Shown: in pieces, positions 10,742-21,421 of the stretch
Numbering within the stretch: position 1 is the first letter of the stretch
How the letters are laid out: the number at the start of each line of letters is the position of its first letter
From: Anaeramoeba ignava BMAN
Taxonomy: Eukaryota > Protista > Anaeramoebae
Direction: 5' to 3'
Assembly: GCA_028826165.1 (NCBI GenBank)
Contig: JAPDFW010000063.1
Location: 806,001-870,000, forward strand
DNA length: 64,000 bases
Translations under genes and position numbers: made by a program
Notes under the pieces: model-generated
Database searches by the model: none
What the model was told of the DNA's origin: nothing
Seen by the model: only the letters and a program-made list of their open reading frames with translations

Positions 10742-13112
10742 ATGACTGAAATTGTTAAAACAAATCAACAAACAGAGAAATTAGAATTAACTGAAGAAGC
10801 AGAAAATTTTTTCAATTCAATTAATAAAGAAAAACCAATTCATATTCTTTCAATAATTGGTGTAACAAGAGAAGGAAAATCAACATTATTAAATTGTATT
10901 TCTTCACTTTATGAAAAAAAGAATTCAGAAACAAAATTTGAAATTTTTGGAGGAATAGATGCTTGTACTTCAGGAATTTGGGTAAAACAAATTGAATTAA
11001 ATGATAAAATAATTTTATTAATTGATTCAGAAGGAACAGATAAAGGAAATGATGTTATTACTCAAAAAATAATTACTTTAGTTTCTCTTTTATCTTCAGT
11101 TTTAATAATTAATTTTTCAAAAATTATCACAAATTATACTTTCAAATCTTTAAGTGGAATTCAATCAATAGCAAAAATTATCAAAAATCCTAAACAAGGA
11201 AATGTTCCTGAAAGTCCTTTTCCTAATTTAATTTTTTTATTAAGAGATTTATTATCAAGTGGATTAACTATCGATAAAAAACCATGTAATGCAGAAGAAT
11301 ATTTAGATTATCAACTTGATCCTGTTAATCATATATCAGATGGTTTGTCTCCAATAATAATGACTATTAATTCATTTTACAAAAAGAAACAATTATTTGC
11401 ATTTAAAAAACCATCTGATAATCAAATTCAACAATTCAAAAATGGAAATTTTGAATGTAATTCTGATTCTGAATTTGATCAAAAAACAAATGAATTATTT
11501 CAATTTTTAGAAAATGGATTTTTAGAACCTAAATTGATTAATGGAAATCAATGTCAAGGATCAGATTTATTTCTTTATCTTAAGTTTTTAATTGAAGGAA
11601 TTAATGAAGAAAAAGTTGATATTCCAATGATTTCAGATTATATTGAACAAAGTAAAGCAAAACAAATTTTAAAACCATTTCTTGAAAGAATTCAACAAAT
11701 TGTTAAAGAATTAATTGAAAATTTGGAAAAATTGAAGATAATGAAGAATTAAAAAGAATTAATTATAAAAAGAATTTGAATCAAAAATAAAACCAATCAA
11801 ACAAGAATATGAAAAAGAAATTCAATTTCTTAATCAAAAAGCAAAACAAATTGGAATAAATGAACTTGAAAATTCAATTAAACAATCTTCAAATTATATT
11901 AAAGAAAAAATGGAATTCTTAATAAAACAAGCAGAAGAAGTTGAATCAAGACAAATGAATTTATATTCACAAAAGTTTAATACTTTTTTACAAAATATCC
12001 ATTTACAAGAAAATTCACTTCAAAATGAAATTTCAAATTGTCAAAATTTAAATCAAATTTCACAAATTTCACAAAAAATTCAAAATTTTGAAAAAGGAAT
12101 AAATGAACAAATTCAAGAAATTAAAAATTCAACTTCACAATATATTAAAAAAGTTCAAGAAGAAATTAAAAAACAAACACAAAATTTCCTTAATCAAAAT
12201 ATTGGAAAATTAGAAAAAACAAGAATACAAAAAGAACAACAAATTCGAGCAAGAATTCAACAAGAAATTCAACAAACTAATCAATATATTCAATGCTTAA
12301 TAAATAATTTACAACAACAAGCTAATTCATATAAACAACAAATCACTAATTGTAAAGATGAATCAACATGGAGAAACTTAATTTCATCCTTTCGAAGTTC
12401 ATTAGATTCAATTAGAAATTCAAATTCAAATCAATTTTCAAAATTTACTCAATCAATGTGTCAAGAAGCTAAAGATCTTATTTACAATTTAAATCAAAGC
12501 CAAAATTTGATTATTTCCAATTTGGAAAACTCTTTTGAATCCCCTCAACTCTCTCAACCTCCCAACTCCTCTAATCTTCCTAATCCTCCTAAGCCACCAA
12601 AAGATCCAGAACCCCCAAAAGGAAAAAAAGACCCTGTCTCACGAGGGAAAAAAATTGTTCGAAACACTCATTGGATTGGGAATCCCGAATGGAATCAAAT
12701 TTCGAATAATGGAAAAACAGTGAAAGATCTTGCAACAAAAAAAGATGATCCACTTTATCCAGTTCTTGGTTCAGAAATAATTTCAGGAAATGTTTATTGT
12801 CATTATCGAGTTAGAATTGAGGAAGATAAACATTTTTATATTGGAGTTTGTCGACCTGGAGAAACAGTATGGACAAATTGTTGGGTTTATCGAGTAGATT
12901 GGAAAGATTTACATCCAGGTCAATTAGGAACTATGTATATGAATACAGAAAACAAAAAAGGAGATATTATGGAAGTTTACATTAACATGCAAGATAAAAC
13001 TTTGAGTTTTGGAAAGAATGGAAGTAATAATGGAATTGCTTTCACAAATTTACCTTCACAAGTTTGTTTATGTGCTGTCATTACAACAAATAGACAGCTC
13101 ACACTCCTTTAA
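10742..13112 (+). pseudogene. GTPase-coiled-coil-SPRY copy 2; interrupted by two 1-nt deletions (real pseudogene or assembly indels)
   Basis: Near-identical to copy 1. One A is missing from the A-run at ~11727-11731 (GAAAAAATT becomes GAAAAATT) and one G at ~11766 (TATGAAAAA becomes TATAAAAA). This joins ORFs 10682-11752 and 11910-13112. Confidence 0.75.
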
Positions 13113-13144
13113 AAATTTTTTTTAATCAAAGAAATTCAAAACCA

Positions 13145-14170
13145 TATTTAATAAATAAAATAATATTATTTTTTAATTAAAAAGTATTATTTTAATAATA
13201 AATTTATTAATAAATTATATTTTTAAATCAGTTATAAATTAAATATTAAATCAAAACTATTAAAATAAATTAAAATAAATTAATTCAAAATATTTAATAA
13301 TAAAATATTATTATTTTTTAATTATAAAGTATTAATTTAATAATAAATTTATTAATAAATTATATTTTTAAATCAATTCTAAATTAAATATTAAATTAAA
13401 ACTATTAAAATAAATTAAAATAAATTAAATCAAAATATTTAATAACAAAATATTATTATTTTTTAATTATAAAGTATTAATTTAATAATAAATTTATTAA
13501 TAAATTATATTTTCAAATCAATTCTAAATTAAATATTAAATTAAAACTATTAAAATAAATTAAAATGAATTAAATCAAAATATTTAATAATAAAATAATA
13601 ATATTTTTATTTAGAAAGTATTAATTTAATAATAAATTTATTAATAAAATATATTTTTAAATCAATTCTAAATTAAATATTAAATCAAAACTATTAAAAT
13701 AAATTAAAATGAATTAAATCAAAATATTTAATAATAAAATATTATTATTTTTAATTAGAAAGTATTATTTTAATAATAAATTTATTAATAAAATATATTT
13801 TTAAATCAATTTTAAATTAAATATTAAATTAAAACTATTAAAAATTTAAAATAAGTTAAATCAAAATATTTAATAATAAAATAATATTATTTTTTAATTA
13901 AAAAGTATTAATTTAATAATAAGTTTATTAATAAATTATATTTTTAAATCAATTCTAAATTAAATATTAAATTAAAACTATTAAAATAAATTAAAATAAA
14001 TTAAATCAAAATATTTAATAACAAAATATTAATATTTTTTAATTAGAAAGTATTAATTTAATAATAAATTTATTAATAAATTATATTTTTAAATCAATTC
14101 TAAATTAAATATTAAATTAAAACTATTAAAATAAATTAAAATGAATTAAATCAAAATATTTAATAATAAA
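13145..14170 (+). repeat. Same ~144-bp satellite, about 7 copies (right array), same orientation as left array
   Basis: AAAACTATT marker at 13257, 13402, 13547, 13691, 13835, 13978, 14123. Confidence 0.95.
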
Positions 14171-14218
14171 AAAAGAAAAGGAAAAGAAAAGAAATCAAAA
14201 ATTAAATCAATTTTTTAT

Positions 14219-14767
14219 TTAAAAAAAAATTTGATATTTTTTCCAACAAATAAGTTTTTTTTCTTGAATACAATCATTAACCCATTTACTTTCAATAATT
14301 GGAATATTTTTTTCATTAAAGAAATTCAAATGATCCAAAAAATTTTGACAAGAACTATTTTTGACTTGATCAAAATTCTGATCTAGAATTAAAACAAAAG
14401 AATTTTGAAAATTTGTTTTCATTTTGAAGTCATTAAGAGAATAAGCTGAGCCTCCATAAACATTAATTAATTTTGAATGCACTCTTCTTAATAAAATCAA
14501 TGTCTGTTTTTGTTGTTTAAATTCTTCTTTTTCTTGTTTTTGTTCAAATTCTGGGAAAACTAAAAAAGAATAATTTGACAATAATTTTTGTTTTTGATTT
14601 TGATTTTGTTTGTTTTCTGGCTCTTTTCTTATTTGTCTTCTTTTCTTTTCTTGTATTATTTTTTTTTCAATTTTTTTATTAGGCAAAATTCTTTCTTTTT
14701 TGTTTTCTTTTTCTTTTTTTGGATTTGAATTTGAATTTGAATTTGATTTTCTTTTTCTTGAATTCAT
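14219..14767 (-). CDS. Small nuclear protein with basic N-terminus and one BRCT domain (182 aa)
   Basis: LLSNYSFLV...KLINVYGG...IPIIESKWVNDCIQEKKLI matches the BRCT pattern (GG turn, W-x-x-x-C helix). Confidence 0.7.
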   Translation of the reverse strand: MNSRKRKSNSNSNSNPKKEKENKKERILPNKKIEKKIIQEKKRRQIRKEPENKQNQNQKQKLLSNYSFLVFPEFEQKQEKEEFKQQKQTLILLRRVHSKLINVYGGSAYSLNDFKMKTNFQNSFVLILDQNFDQVKNSSCQNFLDHLNFFNEKNIPIIESKWVNDCIQEKKLICWKKYQIFF

Positions 14768-15549
14768 TTTATAATAAAAAATAATAAAATAATAAAAGAT
14801 AAAAAATAAAAGATAAAATGATTTTTTTTTTTAAAGAATTTATTTTGATTTATTTTTTTTTTTTGATCAAATTGATCTAATTTTTAATTTAAAATAAAGA
14901 AAAAAAAAAATGATTAATTTCAAGTGATTTCTCAAGTTAATTTTAGGGTATTTTTTCATTTTTTTCAAATTAAAAATTAGTTAATTAATCGAATTTTGAT
15001 GAGTTTCTTTTTGATTTTAATTCAATTTTATGCAGTTTTGAATATAATATAATTTAATTTAATTTTAATCTAATTTATTTTTATTTTTTAATTTATTTTA
15101 TTTGATCATATTTGATCACAATAAAAAAAAAATAAAAAAAAAAAAAAATAAAAATAAAAAGAAAATCCAACAAGCATAATAAAAGTATTCTAATTTTCAA
15201 TTTTCTTATTAATTTTTTAAATTAAAAATTTTTTTTTTTTTTTAAATTTTTTTTTTTAATTTTTTTTTAAATTAAAATTTCTACTTTGATCCAAAATCAT
15301 CAAACTTTTTTTTTTTTAAATTTTAAATAAAATTCTCTTTTCTATTCAATTCTATTTACAAATTTTAAATATTTTTATTAAGAAATTTTTTTTTTCAATT
15401 ATCAAAAAGAAGAAAAAAAAATTTTTTTTAAATTAAAAAATTTTTAAAAAACAAAGATCATTTTTTTTTTTAAATTAAAATATTTTTTTTTCCTTTCTTT
15501 TTTCTTTTAAATAAATAAATCAAAAATAACTCAATATTTAAAATTTAAA

Positions 15550-17547
15550 ATGTCAGGAATTCTACAATTATTGATCGCAGCAGCACAATTAGAAAAAGGA
15601 CAAAAAACAAATACAAATTCAAACCCAATTAAAAACCCTATTAAAAACCCAATTCAAAATCCAATTCAAAATCCAATTCAAAATCCAATTCAAAATCCAA
15701 TTCAAAAAGAAATTAAAAATTCCAACAAAACAAATCCATTTGATTTAGAAACACAAAAAGAAATTCAAAAAGAAATTCAAAAAGAAATTCAAAAAGAAAT
15801 TAAAAAAGAAATTAAAAAAGAAATTAAAAAAGAAATTCAAACTAATTTTACTTTTAATGAGCAAAAAGAAGAACAACAACATAATACCCTTTTTGATAAA
15901 GAAAAACTTAATAAAAATATTCTTAATAATAATAATAAACAAGGAAATAATGAATTAAAATCAAAAAAAAGGGTAAAACAAGAAATTATAAAAGAAACAA
16001 AAAAACAAAAAAAAAAAGAAAAAAAACAAAAAAAAAAGCAAAAAAAACAAAAACCAAAAAAACCTTCAATTTACGAGGGTTTATCATGTTCTCATTGTAA
16101 TATAACAAAAACTCCTCAATGGAGACATGTACCGACATGGTATCGACAAAATTTCAATGGAGAATGGTTATGCAACAAGTGTTATTCACATCTTTTATAT
16201 CACAAATCGTTGCCGGAAATTCCAAAAATAACGGAAATTGAAAAATCAAATTTGCAAGAAAAATTGATTAGTTCAGATTCTGTTCCGTTACTCAAAACAC
16301 AACTTTTCAAGGATATAAAAATACTTGTTAATCCTGGTTGCATTCCTACTGTTTTCAAAGATAAATCGACATCTGGATGGCTTCAAAAAACGGTTTCGCA
16401 ATTGATCCAAATTCATGGAGGCACTGTTTGTGAGATGGATAATGTCGATCCACTTGAAAATCATATTGTAATTATTCTTTCAGATTCTCCTCTTAAAAAT
16501 CCTCGTCTTCTTGCTACAAATTTTGAGCTTGTTCGCGCTCTGGCTCGAGGTTATCCTCTTGCTTCGAGTTCGTGGATTAATGATTCTATTGATGCAAAAC
16601 AAATTCTTGATCTCCAAAAATATTCTTTAACGAAAAATTCTTCACTTTTGGATCAAAATTTCAAATTTTTTGCTAATTCAAAAATGTTTTTGATCGGTGA
16701 GTTTTTTTTGATTAATAAATGGAAGCCTGTTTTGGTAGATGCTGGTGTTGAAATTGTTTCTGATTCTTCAAAAGCTGATTATATTTTTGAGCCTTTAAAT
16801 TCTCAAAACGAAAATGAAAATGAAAATGAAAATCAATTAGAAAATGAAAATGAAAATGAAAATGAATTAGAAAATGAAAATGAAAATGAAAATGAAAATG
16901 AAAATGAAAATGAAAATGAAAATGAAAATGAAAATGAAAATGAATTAGAAAATGAAAATGAAAATGAAAATGAATTAGAAAATCAAAATCAAAATGAAAA
17001 TGAAAATGAATTAGAAAATGAAAATGAAAATGAAAATGAAAATGAATTAAAAAATCAAAATCAAAGAATTAAAAATGAAAATGAATTAAAAATGAAAATC
17101 GAAATCAAAATCAAAATCAAAATCAAAATCAAAATGAAAATAAAAATCAAAATCAAAATGAATTAAAAAATGAAAATGAAAATGAAAATCAAAATCAAAA
17201 TCAAAATGAATTAAAAAATGAAAATGAAAATGAAAATGAAAATGAAAATCAATCAAAAAAATGAAAATGAAAACGAAAATGAAAATGAAAATGAAAATGA
17301 ATTAAAAAATGAAAATAAAAATCAAAATCAAAATCAAAATCAAAATCAAAATGAATTAAAAAATCAAAATCAAAATCAAAATGAAAATCAAAATCAAAAT
17401 CAAAATCAAAATCAAAATAAAAATCAATTAAAAAATCAATTAAAAAATCAATCTAAAAATCAATCAAAAAATCAATCAAAAAATCAAAATAAAAAAATGA
17501 ATCAATTTGACTTCCTTCAGAAAATTATTGATACTCAAATTAAGTAA
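15550..17547 (+). CDS. GATA-type zinc finger + tandem BRCT protein; C-terminal (NE/NQ)n tract carries frame breaks
   Basis: CSHC...TPQWR...LCNKC finger; BRCT1 LFKDIKILV...HGG...ALARGYPLASSSWINDS; BRCT2 FFANSKMFL...WKPVLVDAG. ORF 17218-17547 is in the same frame and ends with a helix (FDFLQKII), so indels in the repeat are likely. Confidence 0.75.
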
Positions 17548-17684
17548 AATTAATTTTTTCTTATAAAAATCATCTTCATATTTTCTTTCTTTCTTTCTTT
17601 TAAAATTTTGAAATTGATCTGAATAGTTTTTTTTTCCAATTTTCTTCAAAATAAAAAATTAAAAAAAAATAATTTAAAATTTTT

Positions 17685-18986
17685 TTATTGATTTTCTTCT
17701 AAATAATCCAAAATTAATTTTTTATATTCAGTAAATTTTCCAATTTTAATTGCTTCTCTAATCATAACAAAAAAATTAGAAAACTGCCAAAGATTATGAA
17801 TTGTAATCAAAACATCAAAAGTCATTTCATGAGAATTAGCAAGATGATATAAATAACAAGATTTGTGATTTTGGCAAGTAAAACAGTTGCAACCTTGAAC
17901 AAGTGGTTTCAACGAATCTCGAAATTTTGGATCACAAATATTGATCAAATATTCTTTATAAAATTCTCCTTTAAATTTAGAAAGATCCCCCTTTAGAACA
18001 TTTTCTAAAGAAAACAAGTCCGTTAAATTCAAAACAAGTTTCAGTTCCGAAACAAACTCAGGAAAAAACCCGCAAAACAAATCCACACCAGCTTCAATAG
18101 CCTCAAGAACATCAGTAATTTGTCCATCTCCAATAAGAATTTTTGGTTTATCTTCTTGTATTTTTTCATTTATAATTCCCAGTATTTCTTGACGTTGACA
18201 GGCAGTTTCTCCCAAAAATAACGATCCAATTACAATCCCTTCACAATTTTTGTCAACACTTTGCGAGATGGAATTTTGTCGTTGTTTGATCTCGCTTCCT
18301 CCTTCTATTATTGAAAAGAACCCTGTTTGTTTTGGTTTTGGAACAGTGCTGAAATTTTTCGCCCATTGATTATTCTTAGCTGTCAATTTCATCAGTTTTT
18401 TACCTGTTGGCATTGGCAGTTGTTCCGAATAAAGATTTGTCCAAATATCTGGATTTGCTTCTGTGATGAGTGTGTTGTAATCCTGCGCAGATATCTTGAC
18501 TGAAGATCCTTCGTACGATGTGATTACCACGGAATTCTTTATTGAAGGAACTGTCATTTGGAATAGAAATGGATCTCTTAATGTCAAGAATATCAGTTTG
18601 TTTTTCAATGCATAAAAACTGGCAATTCCTGGTTTGTTAATTATTTCTGTTTCTTTGTCTTTATTTGTGTTTGTTGGCTGATCCAAAGTTGTTGTTTTTT
18701 CTGTTTCATTTTTTTGTTTGTTTGGATTTTTTTTTTGCAAAATGTATTCGTTGTATTTTTTTAGTGTTGAAATTCCTGGTTTTGTGATAATATCTCCAAC
18801 ACCAATTGATAAGCATTTGATTTCTGGTATTAATTCAAGATTATCTGGTGTTAAATGATTGTGTGATCCTCTTCTTGTTGGATATATAAAATTGGGACAT
18901 TCAATTTCTAAGTTTTTTGTTGTTTTAAGAATTGAAATTCTTGTTTTTGATTCAGTTTTTATAATTTTAAATGAAAGAGAATCCAT
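17685..18986 (-). CDS. QTRT2: Queuine tRNA-ribosyltransferase accessory subunit
   Basis: TRRGSHNHLTPD motif; GVDLF; Zn site GCNCFTCQNH...YLYHL...HN; IREAI. Confidence 0.88.
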   Translation of the reverse strand: MDSLSFKIIKTESKTRISILKTTKNLEIECPNFIYPTRRGSHNHLTPDNLELIPEIKCLSIGVGDIITKPGISTLKKYNEYILQKKNPNKQKNETEKTTTLDQPTNTNKDKETEIINKPGIASFYALKNKLIFLTLRDPFLFQMTVPSIKNSVVITSYEGSSVKISAQDYNTLITEANPDIWTNLYSEQLPMPTGKKLMKLTAKNNQWAKNFSTVPKPKQTGFFSIIEGGSEIKQRQNSISQSVDKNCEGIVIGSLFLGETACQRQEILGIINEKIQEDKPKILIGDGQITDVLEAIEAGVDLFCGFFPEFVSELKLVLNLTDLFSLENVLKGDLSKFKGEFYKEYLINICDPKFRDSLKPLVQGCNCFTCQNHKSCYLYHLANSHEMTFDVLITIHNLWQFSNFFVMIREAIKIGKFTEYKKLILDYLEENQ

Positions 18987-19054
18987 TAAAAAAAAATGAA
19001 AAAGAAAAAAAATGAAAAATAATTTTCTTTCATTTTTTCTTTCTTCTTTTTAAA

Positions 19055-19444
19055 ATGAGATTTATTTTTTACTTCATTTTGCTTTTATTATTTGTTCAAA
19101 GTAAACATTTTCTTTTTGAATAATTTTTTCTTTCTTTTCTTTTTCTTTTTCTTTTCTTTTTCTTTTCTTTTAGGTATTTTTACAACAACATTTTGTTGTG
19201 TTTATCGGCAATCAACAGAATGTCAAGTATTTAATTTTTAATAAAATTGAATAATCCAAATTTTTAACTTTAACTTTAAATTTTTTGAAATTAGACTTTA
19301 TGCACTGATCATGGTTGTATAACAGATCCTTATAAAGTTTTAGGAGTTTTATCTGGTTTTGTTGTTGTTGGTGAAATTAATACTATTAGGAATTGTTCTC
19401 AATGTGATAGTTTTTGGCAGAATCAAGATATTTGCCAACTTTGA
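19055..19444 (+). CDS. Small secreted cysteine-rich peptide, 82 aa, 3 exons (19055-19100, 19174-19226, 19295-19444); absent from the ORF track
   Basis: Two GT..TAG introns splice in frame to MRFIFYFILLLLFVQSIFTTTFCCVYRQSTECQTLCTDHGCITDPYKVLGVLSGFVVVGEINTIRNCSQCDSFWQNQDICQL*; hydrophobic signal peptide and 8 Cys. Confidence 0.8.
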
Positions 19445-19464
19445 AGAAAATGAAAACAACAAAA

Positions 19465-21335
19465 AACAATTTCAAAATCAATTTCAAAAATCAATTCCAA
19501 AATCAATTCTAAAATCAATTTCAAAAACAATTTCAAAATCAATTTTAAAATCAATTTAAAAATCAATTTAAAAATCAATTTCAAAATCAATTTCAAAAAT
19601 CAATTTCAAAATCAATTTCAAAATCAATTTCAAAATCAATTTCAAAATCAATTTCAAAATCAATTTCAAAATCAATTTCAAAATCAATTTCAAAAATCAA
19701 TTTCAAAATCAATTTCAAAATCAATTTAAAAATCAATTTAAAAATCAATTTCAAAATCAATTTAAAAATCAATTTCAAAAATCAATTTAAAAATCAATTT
19801 AAAAATCAATTCTAAAAATCAATTTCAAAAATCAATTTCAAAATCAATTTCAAAATCAATTTCAAAAATCAATTCTAAAATCAATTTTAAAATCAATTAA
19901 AAATCAATTTCAAAATCAATTCTAAAATCAATTTAAAAATCAATTTCAAAATCAATTTAAAAATCAATTTCAAAATCAATTTCAAAATCAATTTCAAAAA
20001 TCAATTTAAAAATCAATTTAAAAATCAATTTCAAAAATCAATTTCAAAATCAATTTCAAAAATCAATTTCAAAAATCAATTTCAAAATCAATTTCAAAAT
20101 CAATTTCAAAAATCAATTTCAAAAATCAATTTCAAAAATCAATTTCAAAATCAATTTCAAAATCAATTTCAAAATCAATTTAAAAATCAATTTCAAAATC
20201 AATTTCAAAATCAATTTAAAAATCAATTTAAAAATCAATTTAAAAATCAATTTAAAAATCAATTTAAAAATCAATTTCAAAATCAATTTAAAAATCAATT
20301 TAAAAATCAATTCAAAAATCAATTTCAAAAATCAATTTCAAAATCAATTTCAAAATCAATTTCAAAATCAATTTAAAAATCAATTTCAAAATCAAATCAA
20401 AAATCAATTTAAAAATCAATTCTAAAATCAATTTCAAAATCAATTTCAAAAATCAATTTCAAAAATCAATTTCAAAATCAATTTAAAAATCAATTTCAAA
20501 ATCAATTTAAAAATCAATTTCAAAAATCAATTTAAAAATCAATTTCAAAATCAATTTCAAAAATCAATTTAAAAATCAATTTAAAAATCAATCCAAAATT
20601 CAATTTAAAAATCAATTTAAAAATCAATTTCAAAATCAATTTCAAAATCAATTTCAAAAATCAATTTCAAAATCAATTTCAAAAATCAATTTCAAAAATC
20701 AATTTAAAAATCAATTTCAAAATCAATTTAAAAATCAATTTCAAAAATCAATTTCAAAATCAATTTCAAAATCAATTTCAAAATCAATTTCAAAAATCAA
20801 TTTAAAAATCAATTTAAAAATCAATTTCAAAAATCAATTTCAAAAATCAATTTCAAAATCAATTTAAAAATCAATTTCAAAAATCAATTTCAAAATCAAT
20901 TTCAAAATCAATTTCAAAATCAATTTAAAAAATCAATTTCAAAATCAATTTAAAAATCAATTTCAAAATCAATTTCAAAATCAATTTAAAAATCAATTTA
21001 AAAATCAATTTAAAAATCAATTTCAAAATCAATTTCAAAATCAATTTCAAAATCAATTTCAAAAATCAATTCAAAAATCAATTTAAAAATCAATTTCAAA
21101 AATCAATTTCAAAAATCAATTTCAAAAATCAATTTCAAAATCAATTTCAAAAATCAATTTCAAAATCAATTTCAAAATCAATTTCAAAATCAATTTCAAA
21201 AATCAATTTCAAAATCAATTTCAAAAATCAATTTCAAAAATCAATTTCAAAATCAATTTAAAAATCAATTTCAAAATCAAAATCAAAATCAATTTAAAAA
21301 TCAATTTCAAAACAATTTTAAAATCAATTTCAAAT
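19465..21335 (+). repeat. 12/13-bp minisatellite (AAAATCAATTTC)n, ~1.9 kb
   Basis: Directly visible; G-free on + strand. Confidence 0.95.
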
Positions 21336-21421
21336 TCCAAAAAATAAAAATTTTGATTTTTCAAAAATCATTTTTTTTCTTTTTTATTTTTTTTATTATT
21401 TTTTTACAAATTAAAAAAAAA

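Larger units (their letters stand above)
7468..13125 (+). repeat. Direct tandem duplication (~2.88 kb unit: upstream region + GTPase-SPRY gene)
   Basis: Unit starts TTTGAATAATATTAAA at 7468 and 10348; upstream motifs GGTGAATTCGAAAATC and GGAATTACACTTGGAATTG are present in both copies. Confidence 0.95.

Noticed and set aside
7463-13144. GTPase-SPRY cassette as a classical transposon or processed retrocopy
   Set aside because: No transposase/RT, terminal inverted repeats, clear target-site duplication or poly-A tail. Several unrelated genes here are also intronless.
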